A DNA stretch of 64,000 nucleotides from NCBI RefSeq assembly GCF_009914755.1, contig NC_060926.1; one strand, 5' to 3'. Source of the stretch: the human T2T-CHM13v2.0 reference genome, Homo sapiens. Each line of letters begins with the position of its first letter. Positions within the stretch are counted from its first letter, which is position 1. The translations under genes were made by a program, and so were the position numbers. Below are positions 15,755 through 29,650 of this stretch, one piece after another. The notes under the pieces were generated by a model. It saw nothing but the letters and a program-made list of their open reading frames with translations, did no database searches and was not told the origin of the DNA.

Positions 15755-16817
15755 GCCCTGGTCATGTTCACATAAGAAAGGTTGAACTTGTGGGAGAGGA
15801 GGCAAAAAGAGGAAGTGATAGTCACTGAATGTGTGTGCTAGACAGTATGTCTGGCACTTTATAATCATTTTAGTTAATCCTCACAACAATGCAATAAGGT
15901 AGATTGCTTGTTTCCCCATTTCAAGATGTTGAAACTGATTCTCAGAGAGGTTAAAGAATTTGCTTAATGGGACCCTCATCTAGATCAGTCTGAATAGAAA
16001 GAACTACCAGACTCTTAAAGTCAGCCTAGCACCAAGTAGACACTAAAACATTGATTTTTGTGATGTTGTTTCCCAGAAACATTGAGTCAGAAAGCATGTG
16101 GATGCAGATTAAAGTGGAACAGGCTCGGCCATGACTGAGCATCTGCAGGAGGAGCTGAGGAAAGAGCTGGCCTCCTCAAGGCCTGGGTGACTCAACTGTC
16201 AGCCTCCAAAGCCCATTCCCCTCCTTCATTGGAGAGGAGTTTGAGGACAGTTGTGGTTGAACCCCCAGCAAAACTATTCCAAAACGCCGTGTGCTGGGGC
16301 AGGTGGGGCCTAGGCCAAGGCCATTTGGCCCTGCCTGCTGTGGCCCTTCTCCCCTCCCATGTCTTCCAGCCTTGCCTCCCCCACAGGCTGCAGATGACAC
16401 CCTTCGCAGTGCTTATTCTGGAGTGTAAGAGCTGAGAGCAGGAGCTACCTGGGGGTTGAGGGGTGGGCAGGCTTTAGAGAAGGGGAGAGAAGAGGCCTCA
16501 CTGTGGGAGCTGGGGGCTCCCAGGAGCCACATTTGCCAGGCTTGGCTTCAAGCTGACATCACTATCAGAGAAGACAGGTCTGGGGAATGAGAGGGCCCAG
16601 GAGTTCAGGAGCCCAAACTGTCATTCAGTTTTGGAAGCCGAATCCCCAGCACAATTGTCCACCTTGCTGGCAGCATCCTGGTTCCCAAAGCCTGTCAGCC
16701 CGGGGCTGCGGGCCTCTCTCTCACAAAGCCTTGTCTAGGTGACTTGGGAGGTGAGGCCCCTGTTGGTCAGCCCCGTTCCTGATGGAACAAGCCACCCTAA
16801 CCGCTCTGTCCTCTCAG

Positions 16818-16845
16818 GTCAGGCTTCTGACAAGCCACAATGTGG
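16818..16845 (+). other. Candidate 28-nt MSH2 microexon (VRLLTSHNV + 1 nt)
   Basis: Branch point ccctaac, pyrimidine tract, ctctcag| acceptor, and G|gtgagc donor. Confidence 0.5.
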
Positions 16846-17974
16846 GTGAGCCTTTGTGCACTGCCTGCCCACCTCTCACCAGGAGCCCTCTCTCCCCATG
16901 GCCTCAAGGTACCAGTGAGGCTTTTTTCTGTCTCAGCCTGGCCATAAGCAGCCCTCTGCAAGAGTTCCGTTACCAGTCATTTGCATTGTAGTATAAGTGG
17001 AAACCACAGAATCGCCTTCCTCCCCAGTTATTTATACTTCAAGTCATATTGTAGAGAGAAAATTTCTGTCAGCAAAAATCTCAGGAATCCTCCTCATTTC
17101 TATTTGTATGGCTTTCAATCGTTGACATGATTTTTTCACATATGTCATCTTCTGGGGATGGATTCGTATAACCCTGCTTCACTTGCTTCCCTGTGGGAGG
17201 CTCACTTGCTTCTCGACAGGCTCTGGAAGAACTAGGCAGTCTGGTACATGGTTGTGCAAGAACCCTTGAGGGGGCCTTGGAGTGTGTGCTTGGGCCCTGG
17301 AACTCATGCCTAGGATGGAGGGCTGAGATTGCCCCTTCCCATCCACCAGGGAGTTGACAAGGGGGAGAAGAAACTTCTTGTGAGCTTGCGATGACTTGTG
17401 GCACTTGCATCAGACCTTGGAGTTCCCTGGGGAGAGGCACTCTTGGGTATGACACTGTATAGTGCCACCTGATTGCCATTTGACCCAGTTTGGCCCTGGA
17501 TCCTTGAGCAAGAGGGCTGGAAAGAAAGACAGGCCCACTTTTTGGGACACTATTAGGGTCTGTAGCATTGGTGGGGAGAGAATTCCCCCAACCCCCAAAA
17601 GAGCTGAAAATGAGACACGCGTGGAGGGGTGAAAGTGGAGTGTGGTCAACAGTGTGGTTACAGAGATGTGTGTCGGGGCCACTCCCACTCACCAGGGAGA
17701 CTCATGAAGCAGAAGGGATGGGGCACAATGTGGCTTCCATAGGCACACCAAGCCACCTGGAGAGCGCATCAGCCCTTTGGGTACCCCCAAGCGGAAGGAG
17801 GTTGGGTCTTTGGGTCTGGGAACTTTGGTGCTTGTTCTGGTGGGAAGGGCAGGGAGTCAAGACCAGCTGTGTCTTCCACTGCTCTTCTTGTCCACTTTGG
17901 TTACTGGCCTCTGTTGGCATGAACTGGGGAGGCAGAGGCTACCTACAGACGAGGAACTGTGTGGAGTGCGAGTG

Positions 17975-18676
17975 TATGCAGTAAAGGGTTAGCTTAGCTG
18001 ACTTGAGGTACTCACACCCATATTCCGAAGAAAAGACTGGCCCTCAGCCTGAGCCTCCGAAATAATCTCTAAGCCCTTAGAATACCCTGCTTTGTATTCA
18101 AAGAGTATCTTTGAATGCTGAACTTAGAACCACTCTAGAAAATGTATGCTAACAATGCGATTTATGATGAACACTTGTCTTTGTTCCCCTGGGGCCCTGG
18201 GCCACATTGTATCAGTTTGAGCCCTAGAGGGACAGAGAATGAGAAACTAAGATCAGTCATGCAGGTGCTCCAGGCCTATGTGACCAACCACCAATAAAAA
18301 CCCTGAACATCAAGGCTCAAGTGAGCAATACAGCTGGTCCCAACTTACAGTGGTTCAACTTGTGAGTTTTGCACTCTACAATGGGTTTATTGGGACATAA
18401 CCCAGTGGAGGAGGATCTGTACTTCATTCACATGTGTTGTCACATCATTACTGGGAGAATTAAGCACTGTCCACGTGAATCCACTGGGAGAGGATAACTG
18501 GAAGCTTGCACCTGGCTTCTCCTGGATTCTGCTCTGTACGCCTTTTTCCCTTGTTAATTTTAATCTGTATTCTTTCACTGTAGTAATCTACAACTATAAG
18601 CAGAATAGCTTTTCTGAGTTCTGTGAGTCTTTCTAGTGAATCATTGAATCCAAGGTGGTCTTGGGGACCTCTAACA
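17975..18676 (+). mobile_element. MER77-like ERVL LTR
   Basis: tatgcagtaaagggtta...ctctaagcccttagaata...ccaataaaaaccctg...cttggggacctctaaca. Confidence 0.7.
18331..18419. mobile_element. 89-bp Tigger3/Golem-type MITE inserted in the MER77-like LTR
   Basis: TA|CAG...CTG|TA ends; caacttacagtggttcaactt...atgggtttattgggacataaccc. Confidence 0.7.
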
Positions 18677-20050
18677 AAAGATGTCTGGACCTGAACTTCC
18701 TGTTGTTTCAAAGATCCTATAGCAGGCTGTCTTACCAACTTTCAGCATCAAGAAGCTGGTGGAGAGTGGGTTAGTTTAAAAATGAAACTGGGGAGAGAGA
18801 TGAAGCCGGGGGAAGATGCCGTGAAATCTCACCTTATAGGCAGCCTCTGATTCACCTGAGGGTTTTTCCTTGAATACTTTCTGGGTACAAGTATTTGAGA
18901 CAGGTGATGTGCTGGTCACTTTATTCTCAGCTGCTTGTGGCCTAGCCCTAACATGGGCACTGGAAACAATGGGGGTAGGGGTTGATGATGGAGAAATGGG
19001 GAGTAAAGGGATTTAAAACTTTGAAAAACTGAGCTGTTTCCATGATTTGTCTCTTTTGATTCTCACAAAACCTTTATGAAATATGTGCTGACATTTTAAG
19101 CTCTCACTTATAGTGAGAAAAGCAATCTTCAGCAAGGTGATGACTTGTCCAAGGGAAGACATGGTCGCCCTTGTTCCTTGGGAGATTTTGTGCTCCCAGG
19201 GGAAAGCATAAGCCCTCAGGAGCCATGATGAGAACAGCTGTAGAACAGCAAGTGAACAGGTGTGTATCAGTCAGGATAGGCAAGGCTAAGCTGCAGTAAT
19301 AAATAATCCCCGGATCTCAGTGGCGGAACATTGAGGAGGTTTATTTCTTCTTTATACAAATATGCTGTGGATCAGGATGACTCTCCAGGCAACTGTCTGT
19401 GGGACTGTCCAGGTGGGCTTGGATCACCTGGTGTTGGGCCTTGAAGTCGGTAATGGAGAGGACATGTTAGAAGAGAAGGAACTTACAAGCAGTGGGAGTG
19501 CAGCGCCCTTTTGTGGATAGGGGTCAAGGCAATGCTTTCCAAGGCTATGACTTGGTGTGGTCGAAAAAGTCAAGCAGTCTTCACTTTTTGCTGTGGTCCC
19601 AGCAAATCTGCTTCCAATCCAGGCTTCTCCCATATAAAAAGCCTCCTTTGTGTACAGTGAGTGAACTAGAACAGGGAGGAGATGCCAGTGGAGCTTGGCT
19701 TGCTCCTTCTGTGGCCAGCTGGCTTGTTTTACCACTGCCTTTGGGGTACAGTGGCAGCTGTGGCAAATCTCTCTGGAGTTTCTCTAGCGGGAGCGAAGCA
19801 CCTAAAGCACATGGGTGCAGGAGCAGCCAGGCCTGCACCCATAGACATGGTACAGAGAGGAGCAGGGAAGCCCGCTGCCTGCAGACTTCAGGAGGAGAGA
19901 GGTAGGGGTGGTGCAGGGGAGAGGGCCTTAATGCCTTCAGGGAAAGGAGTCAAAGAGGAATACCCAGGAGACAACTAGACTTTAGAATTCTTGGGGCCAG
20001 AAACTTGATTCCACCTCTAGTGCTTTCTTTTAGATTTCTTTCTCTCTTTA

Positions 20051-20110
20051 CTTTCTTTCTTTCTTTCTCTTTCTTTCTCTCTCTCTCTCTCTCTCCCTCC
20101 CTCCCTCCCT

Positions 20111-20151
<41 letters not shown>

Positions 20152-20199
20152 CCTCTCTCTCCCTCTCTCTCTCTCTCTCCTTTCTCTCTCTCTCTTCTT
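20051..20199 (+). repeat. 149-nt pure pyrimidine tract (CTTT/CT/CCCT), derived from an Alu tail
   Basis: Direct inspection. Confidence 0.95.
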
Positions 20200-20809
<610 letters not shown>

Positions 20810-22362
20810 AGCCTCCAGTGCTTTTGCATCCTTCCTGTTAACTTGTGTAGGAATAAAACATTGTCACAATAAGATTTTTTTCCTTTTTATTGTTTTGATT
20901 TTTTAGCCAATGAGAAGGAAAATTCCTTATTAGGGAGGGCGAGGGTGAGGATATGTGGGGTGGGGAGAAGCGAACGTTCCAAGTTTCGAAAACAGCGACT
21001 CTCTCTTGGACTCTCTAGCCAGTAGAAACCTCCCTCCCACTCTCTTGCCCCAAGATCTGGTGCTTAGAAGAGAATCAAGGGAAGTTGGAACCCAGAAGAC
21101 GGAGACAGATTGAGGGACTGCTGTGAAATGTTGGGGTGTTTGGTGAATAATATTAGAAGTTGGGCTGGCAGAGACCCTGTCACATAAACATTAAATCAAC
21201 ACTGGAGACTGAGCATTTGTTAGAAATGTAAGCGGGAATGGCAGAAAACTTGTTTTTAAGGGAAAGCATGTTACGGCTTATGTTCAGCCTCCATCCTCTG
21301 AAGGCAAAAGTTAGCAAAGTTGATGTATGGCGTTGCTTTTTCTGGGAACTTTATCTCGTTTGGTGGGGTTCCCATCTCTGTCTCCCAGGAGCCAAGACTT
21401 TCCCCTCCCTCTGCTCCAGCAGAAGCCAGTCTCAGGCAAGGCTCCCTGTACCTCATTTACACTTTGGTGTGAATATGTTATTGTAACCTCTCTCCTGGAG
21501 GTGTCTGCATTCCAAGACTGAACTTTTCTGTGAAAGTTACTGTCACTGTGAAAGGCAGTTCAGCCCCCAGGGATTGAAAAAGGAAATCATTTTGGGTAAG
21601 GGGACAGTTAGTCCAGATTTTTTCAGTTGCAAGTAAACCTAACTCAGCCAGTAGGCAAAGGGGGAAATTGCTGGTTTGAACTGGTGGGAAGAAAGCTGAG
21701 GAAACTCCTACACTTGGGGGAAGAACTGCAGGTGCCTGGCTGCAGGGAACGCAGCGGGGGCTCAGGACCAGGCAGATGCCCTGCCTCTGCTTCCCTTGGC
21801 ACAGTGGCCTCCTTCTCCCTTCAAGTAGGCAGATGCTGCCTGTGGCAGAGGACAGCAGCTGATTGGCAGCCCAGCAGGGAGGATGTGGTAGACAGGCACT
21901 GAGCATCTCTTCTACCCTCCTTCTAGAGGGCTATCCTGTACTGTTGAGGCTAAAAGACTGAAAACCACATTTCCCAGCCTCTCTTGCAGCTACCAATCTG
22001 GATGAGAGTTAGATTCTACACATTAGATGCACTTTAGCAAGATTTTCAAAAGCAGATTGGAGAAGGAGCCCATGCTTCTGCTGGTTTTTTTTGCTGGCAA
22101 GTGAGGGGTTCTGTTTTTCCTGGAGTGACTTTATCATGGTGGCATCTGAAAAAGGCTATTTCTTGATCAGAGAGACAGCAACCCTCTCAGTGACCTAGTT
22201 CTGTGGGTGTGTCTCTCCTGAGAGTTAATCCCAGAGCTCAAACTAGAGCTCAACCCTAGAGTCTCTTCAGGCTTCCCAGGGGTGGGGGTGCATTTAACAG
22301 TCCAAGTTAAAGAGAAAATAAAGGCCATTAAAGACCAAACATTGAGCACTGAGTGAAAAAGT

Positions 22363-22368
22363 TTTATT
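22363..22368 (-). terminator. KCNK12: KCNK12 distal poly(A) signal AATAAA (3'UTR about 11.6 kb)
   Basis: tttatt, followed on the minus strand by CA about 20 nt later and a GU/U-rich element (tgtttggtctttaatggcctttattttc); agrees with my recollection of the long 3' end. Confidence 0.55.
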
Positions 22369-24830
22369 GCCAAACAGGAAACCTGATTCAGGCCAGGGTC
22401 TTGGAAGGTTGTTCAGGATGAGATGGGGGAGGTGAAATGGGGTAGGTCTTTGAAAACCAACAGATTGCAAATTCTCTGTCCCATAGCAGGAAACCACAGT
22501 CTCTGATGTCAGCTGGCTGCCAACACGTCAGTTGTATCAGCATTAGCTGGCTGGAGGTGGCCTGCTGTGTGCAGATGGTACCTGGTGCAGGATTGTGGTG
22601 TCCAGGTGTCTCTCCTTAGCACATAAGACCCTGTCCGAGGACTGTGGCATGACGTGCTGGAGTCACGATTCTGTCACCCAGTCAGGTCATCAGTGTCAGA
22701 GAGCTAGGTGGCCAGGTTGGAGTTGATTGCCAATGATAGGTCTTTTTCTGCTTAAATCAGCTGGACTGGATTCTATTGCATTAACTTGACCCTGACTCAT
22801 GCCGCCAGGCCTAATTTATAAACCAAGACAAGAAAGGGCTACTCCACCCCCTCCAATTTGTGTAAGGCCAGGGGACTTCCCCCCCACTCCCCAACCTGAG
22901 GCATGCACCCTCCCTTAGATCAATGGCTGTTTCTCTGAGAATGCGGAACCGTGATTAATCCAGCCTTGATGGGGAGGCAGCAGGAACTGTAGGCATTCTC
23001 ACTTCACACCCATCCCAATCCCCTCCCCCTTGCTGTCCTCTTGTACAGAGGACTGAAAGCACAACACTCTCTCCCTCCCTCCCTTATAGGTGGTGACGAT
23101 CATGTGACTCTCTTCTGGTCAATGAGATGCAGCAGAAAGTCCTAGGGAGGTCTAGGAAAAGTCCTGTTGGGAGAGAGCATTTTTTACCTTCTCCCTGCTA
23201 CTTCTTGCTACTAGTAACATGGATGTGAGCCTTGGAGGGGTAGCTACCATCTGGCACCTGGGGTGGCAAGCCAACATGGAAAGGATGGCAGAGCGGGAAG
23301 GAGGAGCCAGCCTTACCGATGGCATCACTGTCACTGCGCTAGCCCCAGACCACCTGCTCCAGAGTTCTGGTTATGGTAATGAAATAAACCTTGATTTTTA
23401 TTCCTTAAAACTACCCTTCAATGGGTTTTCTGTTCATTACAGTTGAATGCTTTCATAACTGATACAGGAGGGACCCTGTGATTGGCAGTTCCACTAGACT
23501 GCATGGAGATGGGTGGAGTTATCTAAAAGAACAGAGATAGTGTCCCTAGAAGAAGGGGACAGGAAAGCATCCTGGGTACACAAAAGTCAAGGCTCCAGGA
23601 TCTGCCCTGGGGGCTATCTCAACACCCCTACACTCTCACCGCACGTATTTGGTCAGCTATGAATATGACCAACTCTCGTCGTTTATCTCTATTCAGTGGA
23701 ACACAGCAGCACTGTGACCTGCCCACGAGAAGAAGGATTTTTAGAACTTATCTTAGGGCAATTTTAGGTAGAGGAGCAGACAAGATGGTGTACAGGAGAA
23801 ACAGGTCTATTAACCCTGGTATTAATATTAACTGGCTGCCCAGAATAAATGAAGAATAGCTTATTCTTTGCCAGGTTGAAGATAGAAAAGGAATGAAGGG
23901 CCGGAGAAGTACAGCTGGGTGAAGCACAGAGCAGCCTAGTGCTTGGCATGGGACTCAGATCTGAAGCAGCCTCTCCGGGACTTCTCTGAGCCTGCCCCTG
24001 GTGGTATGACTGTGATATCCCTGCTTCTATAGTTGGCAACCAACATGTCCTAGCTCCTAGACCATAGAGGGCCAGATTCATGTCTCATTGACTGTGTAAT
24101 CTCTGTGTGGCCCAGTACAGAGCATGCACACCGTAGGTTCTCACATATGTTTGTTGAGTGAATGAATACAATACCAAACGAATGGACAGGACAGAGCTGT
24201 GGGCTAGCAGGAAGGATATCTGGCTTTTGCTTGAATTAGCTAGTGAATTGCTGTGTGGCCTCCTTACTGAGCCTCATTTCCCTCTGTCTGCAGAGTCAAG
24301 CAAATCTTCCATTTTTTGTTCCCCTGCTGCCAGAGCATGGCAGAGTAAATGTGTGAGTTGAAGGGAGCAACCTCATGAGGTTTTGCTTTGTGTCTTAATT
24401 ACAGCCATTTGTGGAATTAGGCTTTTAATATAAATATTTGTGTGCCTGCGCCTGCATATATGTATTTGGACCAATGCTCTCATGTGTGCAAATACATGTA
24501 TTCTAAAGAAATCTGTCCAGAACCCCAGCATCTGTGGTGTCTGTGGTGGGAGGGGCTTCCATATTACAGAGAGATGCCCACAGTGCATGACGTTACCCGC
24601 ACAGGTGTGACATCACAGGGTAACCAAATGCTTTTGCCCTGGGGGTGGGAGAGGGATGGGTGCACGGTGAACAGCAGGTGGGGGTCTTTCCATAGGGGAT
24701 GAGGAAGACAAGGCCACTTGGAGGCAGAGGAGACCACAGTGGGGCATGATGGTTGGGGAAGGCCTTTTACTTCTGCCCCTTAAGGATGCCCTGGAATTCA
24801 GGCTTTCGGATCCCAGAGCTCTCATTAGAG

Positions 24831-25030
24831 CAGCCCTGCGTTGTAGACTTTTCTGCAGTGACAGAAATGTTCTATATCTGTGCTATCCAATATGGTAGCC
24901 ACAAGTTACATGTGGCTATTGAACACTTGAAATGGGGTTAGTGCAATTGACGAGCTGAAAATGTAGTTTAAATTCACTTACATTTAAATAGCTGTGTGTG
25001 GCTTGTGGCTGCCTATTGGACTGTGCAGTT
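24831..25030. mobile_element. MER3-like hAT-Charlie MITE
   Basis: gaaatgttctatatctgtgctatccaatatggtagccac...tgtggctattgaacacttgaaat. Confidence 0.75.
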
Positions 25031-25354
25031 CTGGAGAATGGTACTTTACTTGTCCTTGGGGAAGCAGAAACAAATGAAAACGAGGATCTGGAGCTCATGA
25101 AGTTTCTCATGGGGTGGGGTATGTGTGTTGAAGCTGCACCTTCAGCAGGAACCTGGCCAGTCCTTAGTGGAGGACATTTCTTTCCATCCTGCATCCAGAT
25201 GGCTGGTCCTGCTCCTCCCAGTCCATGGAGAAAAAAGAATTGAACAAACTGTCTAAGCTGGGTCAGGTACTCTGCAGATGTTTGCTGAGTATCGTTCTTG
25301 ATGGAAATCCCCGTGGAACTCCTACATTTTCTCCTCTCTTCTCCTTCCTTTCAG

Positions 25355-25472
25355 AACCTCAGAGTGACAGAGCCAAAAGACCAGTGCCTCATTTTGCTGA
25401 CATGGAAAAGGAAACTTCGTGGGGGAAAGAGATCTGCTTGCAGTCGGCCAGAGAGACAGAACCAGGGCAGTG
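25355..25472 (+). CDS. MSH2: Alternative MSH2 3' coding exon (118 nt; NLRVTEPKDQCLILLTWKRKLRGGKRSACSRPERQNQGS) replacing canonical exon 16
   Basis: Long pyrimidine tract ending in ttcag| at 25354 and donor G|gtgagc at 25473. The peptide matches my memory of the alternative MSH2 C-terminus after residue 878, and codon 37 is Q915, matching the recalled Q915R SNP. Not verified by search. Confidence 0.7.
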
Positions 25473-26319
25473 GTGAGCTCTCATGACCTGGTGTCTGTTG
25501 CCTTCTGGTTAAGTTTTTCATTTGTAATTCTACAAACATCCCTTCTGTAAACATTTCCCTCAAAATGGAGCAGGAAGCTCTCAAAAATGGACCAGAAAGG
25601 GGTCAGGAATATAACTTTCTCTGCCCAGATTCCAGGACTTACAGTGAGAAAGCGCCTTCTGGGAACTTCACAATGGCTAAAGTGTGCTAATGGGATGATG
25701 TGCCCTTGTACACCCACTGCCTCTGAACTCTGCTCTGCATTGCTGAGCAAACTACATTTCCCAGAACTCCTTGTTGGATTCCTTCCAAACAGGTTTACCA
25801 CTGGGAGAGCCTGTTGGTTGGGGAGGGCAGGAAGAGGGAGGAAAGAGGAAGGGACTCACTTCCTGTTTCCAGCTGAAGTCTAAATCAATCCACTATCAAC
25901 AGGTAGCTATCATACTACCCTCATTGTCACCCCTCAGAGGTCCCACTGCAGCTGCATAATGTCCCCTCAGTGGCCTGAACATGAGATGAACAACACTCTT
26001 CTTGGGAGTACCAGCCTTGCTTGGTTCATGGCCACTTTTCCTGATTATCTTGCAGCTATATTAGGTCATGTGACAAAGTTCTGGCCAGTGGCAAGGGAAC
26101 ACAAGTGATAGGTACAGATAGAAGTGTCTGATACTACATAGATTATGCTTGCACTCACTCTTAAGAGAGAGACATGAACTTTTACCAACGGAAGCCAGTA
26201 TTATTTTGAACCTCTGTTAGAGTGGCTTGAATCTGTATCCTAACTTGTATCCCTAATGTGTGACCCATGAAAATTAGCCAGGCAGCACCAGTTCCAAAGA
26301 AGCTCACACTCCCCTGCGG

Positions 26320-27480
26320 CTGCTTCTGCCAAGGTCACTGATATTTCCCTTTGCTAAATCTTGTGGGTGTTTTCTTCAGTCCTTGTCTTAATCACTCAGT
26401 GGCACTTGGCACTTATTCCTTCTTGAAACCCTTGTTTCCCTTGGCTTTGTGGCATCCTGTGCTCTTGGTTTTCTCCCATATCTCTGACCCTCTTTCCTTA
26501 GTCTTTTTTCTTCTTCCTCCTGTCCCTTAAATGCTGGTTGTGATCCTCTTTTTATCTCATTCTACACACTCACAGCCTGAGTAATTCACACCATCTTGAT
26601 GCTGAGAACTTCCAAAATGTTGGTCTAGCCTGGGTCATTGTTATGAGCTCTAGACTCACAAGGCCAATTGCTTGGTGGGAACCCCTCCCCCATGGTTATC
26701 TCATGGGTCCCTGAAGTCCAACTTCTCCTTCATTGAACTCATCACCTCTTCTGTTCCTCCTCCTGGGTTCCCAGGCTCAGTGGTGGCACCACTGTCTACC
26801 TGGCTGCTTAGCCTGAGACCTGGCTCCGTCCCAATTCCTCTCTCTCAGTCTTATCATCCCCATCCAGGCAAATCATTGATTCTGTGGACCTACTCTTTCG
26901 GGTGTCCCTCAAATCTCTCCACGTCTCTGTGTTCTCACTAGCACTACCTTGGTCCACCCTGCCATCTGCTTTCCTCCTCCACTCCTGCATTCTGAGTCAT
27001 TTTCGGCAGCACACGCATCCTTAAAACCCCTCCACTGGCTTGCCAGTGTCCTCAGGATTAGGCGAAAAGTCTTTGCTTTGTTTTACAAGGCCCTTCGCTA
27101 TCTGGCCCCCTCATTACCTCCCTTGCTCTGCATGCTCCAGTCCTGCAGAACTACACACAGTTCCCCCAACAAGGCCCTGCTCTGTTCTTCCCACACACTG
27201 CTCCTCTGCCTGGGCCACTCTTCCTGCTCCTTGTCAGCAGGCTTGCTGCTCTCAGGCTCAGCATGGACAGCTGCTTCTGAGAGCCTTCTCTGCCTACCCA
27301 GGCTGGGTGGCTGCCTCTCTTTGGTGTGCCCATGGCAGCCCAGAATGCCTGGTGGACAGGGAGCCCTCAGCAGGCCGTACTGCAGCGCCCTGCCCCCGTC
27401 AGCCTCCAGGAGCCTGGAGTCCAGGGACATCAAGGGCGGTCCTGTCTTTCTCACCCTTGTCTCTCCAGCCCCTAACACAG
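26320..27480 (+). mobile_element. L2 fragment (RT to 3' region)
   Basis: gccaaggtcac...ttgctaaatc...ttcttgaaacc...cttggcttt similarity to L2. Confidence 0.7.
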
Positions 27481-27644
27481 GGGATGCCTGACCCCAAACT
27501 AGACGAGTTACTTGACCTCTCTGACCCAAGACAAAATGGGAGGAAAGTGCCAAATTTCCAAGATTGGCCAGGGGATTAAATAAGATAAATATGCAAGTCT
27601 CTTATCTGGGGGTCTGGCTTGGTAAATATAAAGTTCTTTTTTCT

Positions 27645-27963
27645 TTTCTTCCTTTTTCTTTTTTTTTTTTCTTTCTTTTTGAGACAGGGTCTTACTCTGT
27701 CACCAAGGCTGGAGTGCAGTGGCATGATCATGGCTCAATGAAACATCGACTTCCTGGGCTCAGGCGATCCTCCCACCTCAGCCCCCTGAGTCTCTTGGAC
27801 TCCAGGCGTGCACCACCATGACTGGCTAATTTTTTGTATTTTTAGTAAAGACAGGGTTTCGACATGTTGCCTAGGCTGGTCTCGAACTCCTAGGCTAAAG
27901 TGATCCACTTGTCTCAGCCTCCCAAAGTGCTGGGATTATAGACATGAGCCACCATGCCCAGCT
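27645..27963 (-). mobile_element. AluJ
   Basis: Full dimer; TSD approximately taaagttc. Confidence 0.88.
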
Positions 27964-28384
27964 AAAAGTTCCTTTTTAAAATCTGCTTGTTAGATACACT
28001 CATAGAAAGGTAACTGGCCACAGAAGGGAGAGGAATGGCAGTCCATCCAGGGATCACTGGAGTGTCATATGAAATGTTATAGGAATCACAGGCCTTAGAA
28101 CTTGAAAGGAACCCAAGGATCATCTAGGCTACTTTATGCAGGTAAAACAGCCACCTGTGCCCATCACATAGCTGGGGCACAGCTGGAGACCCCAACAGAG
28201 AGGAGAGCTGATGGGTGACGAGAAATCAGGCCTCTCCGCCACGGCAGCCTAGCTAATGGGTCTTGGCTGGAAGCTAACAGGAAGGCCTCTTTCCAGAAAC
28301 ACTGTAAGCCAGTGTTTCTCAGATTGCTGGGTGTAATTCATAGGCAGATCATGAAATCAGTTTAATAGCTTTGACCAGCATTAA

Positions 28385-28513
28385 CCTATTTATGCCTAGC
28401 GTTCCCTTATTGGAACACTAAGTCTGTGAGAGTTATTTACATCCTACTGCTTAAGGTCATCGCCAAAATCTGATTTTTTACACAAAAAATTTGCAACCTC
28501 CAGCATAAATGGG
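28385..28513 (-). mobile_element. MER85 piggyBac (PGBD3-derived) MITE
   Basis: TTAA TSDs at 28381 and 28514, TIRs cc(t)atttatgc / gcataaatggg, internal palindrome gttcccttattggaac. Confidence 0.9.
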
Positions 28514-29019
28514 TTAAAACAAGACAAAACAAAACAATACCAGAATGGAAAATAGTGCATGATCTGTACAGTATAGTTGTAGAAAACTTCTTGTTTTATC
28601 ATTTGATGTCATGAAAGTCCCTGCTGTAGATAAAAGATGGAGCTTGTGCTTCTGAGTGGTCATGCTCAACAGGGTGGGGAGCCCAGGGGAGTGGGGAGTG
28701 ATCGTATAGACAGAGGTGGGTGGGGCCAGTGTGAGCCTGATGGTCAATTACTTCTCATTTCTAGGGAAAATTGAAGGAAAAGAAGGAGGGGGATGTGGAG
28801 GGGAGAGAAGGCCTCAGTAGAGTTTGCACTATTATTAGGGCAAGTAAGCTGCTTCTGAAAAGAAGGGGTTTGCAAAGCCAACCCAGGCAAAAGCAATCTG
28901 CTGGAAGAACTTCATCCCCAGCTGACACTGTGGGAAGGACCCCATGCAGAAGCAATAGGGCAGCCTGGTCCCATATCCTCATGAAATGCCTCTTATAATT
29001 GTGACATCTTGCAATTGTG

Positions 29020-29200
29020 GAGGACTTTACACTTTTCGGAGTTCCTAGCCCCTCACTTATTTCTCGTAAGACCGCTGGGAGGTGGGGGGATGGTATCATC
29101 ATCCCACTTTAGAGATGAGGAAACAGGATCAGAGTGAGCTAAATGACTGCCAGATCCAAAACTAGAATTCAGACCTCCTAGTTTCTAAGTGGACGCTCTT
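29020..29200 (-). mobile_element. MIR
   Basis: atcccacttttagagatgaggaaaca... Confidence 0.7.
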
Positions 29201-29644
29201 TCTACACCACCATAATGTGAGTGTTCTGTGTTTACAGGGTGTATTCAAGTCCATGACTGCCCATTAGAATCCCCCCAAAAAATTCCAGGACTGGCCTGAG
29301 TTGCTCCTTAGACCAATGAAATCAGACTCCTGGGAGTACGGCCCGGGCCTCGGGATCCTTTAAAGCTCCATTTGGAGAGCCTCGGGCACAGCCAGGTTGG
29401 ATCCATCTCCCAGTCCCCCAGCCTTGGCTCAGCCTGGCCAAGCTGCCCAGGAGGTCCCTTGGTGCCCTGGGCTCTGTTTCACTGTTGTTTTGTAGAGCAA
29501 CTTCCCAGTGATGCTGCCACTGGGCCCCATCCTAACAGTGAAGTCCCCCGGGCCCTCCTGAGAGGAGGTGTGAACTGGAAGATGGGGAGGCAGGCGGCTC
29601 TGACAGACAGAAAGCAAACAGCTCAGAGGGGTGGCAGGCTGCAT

Positions 29645-29650
29645 TTTATT
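29645..29650 (-). terminator. KCNK12: KCNK12 intermediate poly(A) signal AATAAA (3'UTR about 4.3 kb)
   Basis: tttatt in unique sequence with GU-rich sequence downstream on the minus strand (ctgtttgctttctgtctgtc); agrees with my recollection of a longer annotated 3' end. Confidence 0.5.

Noticed and set aside
15406-15868. PSIH- and WMDG-repeat ORFs
   Set aside because: They are translations of the (GGAT)n microsatellite.
17081-17692. 203-aa minus-strand ORF
   Set aside because: Non-ATG start, no recognisable homology or splice context, and plausible by chance in 64 kb.
26949-27579. Overlapping 150-180 aa ORFs
   Set aside because: They lie in decayed L2 and GC-rich sequence with no intact RT motifs.
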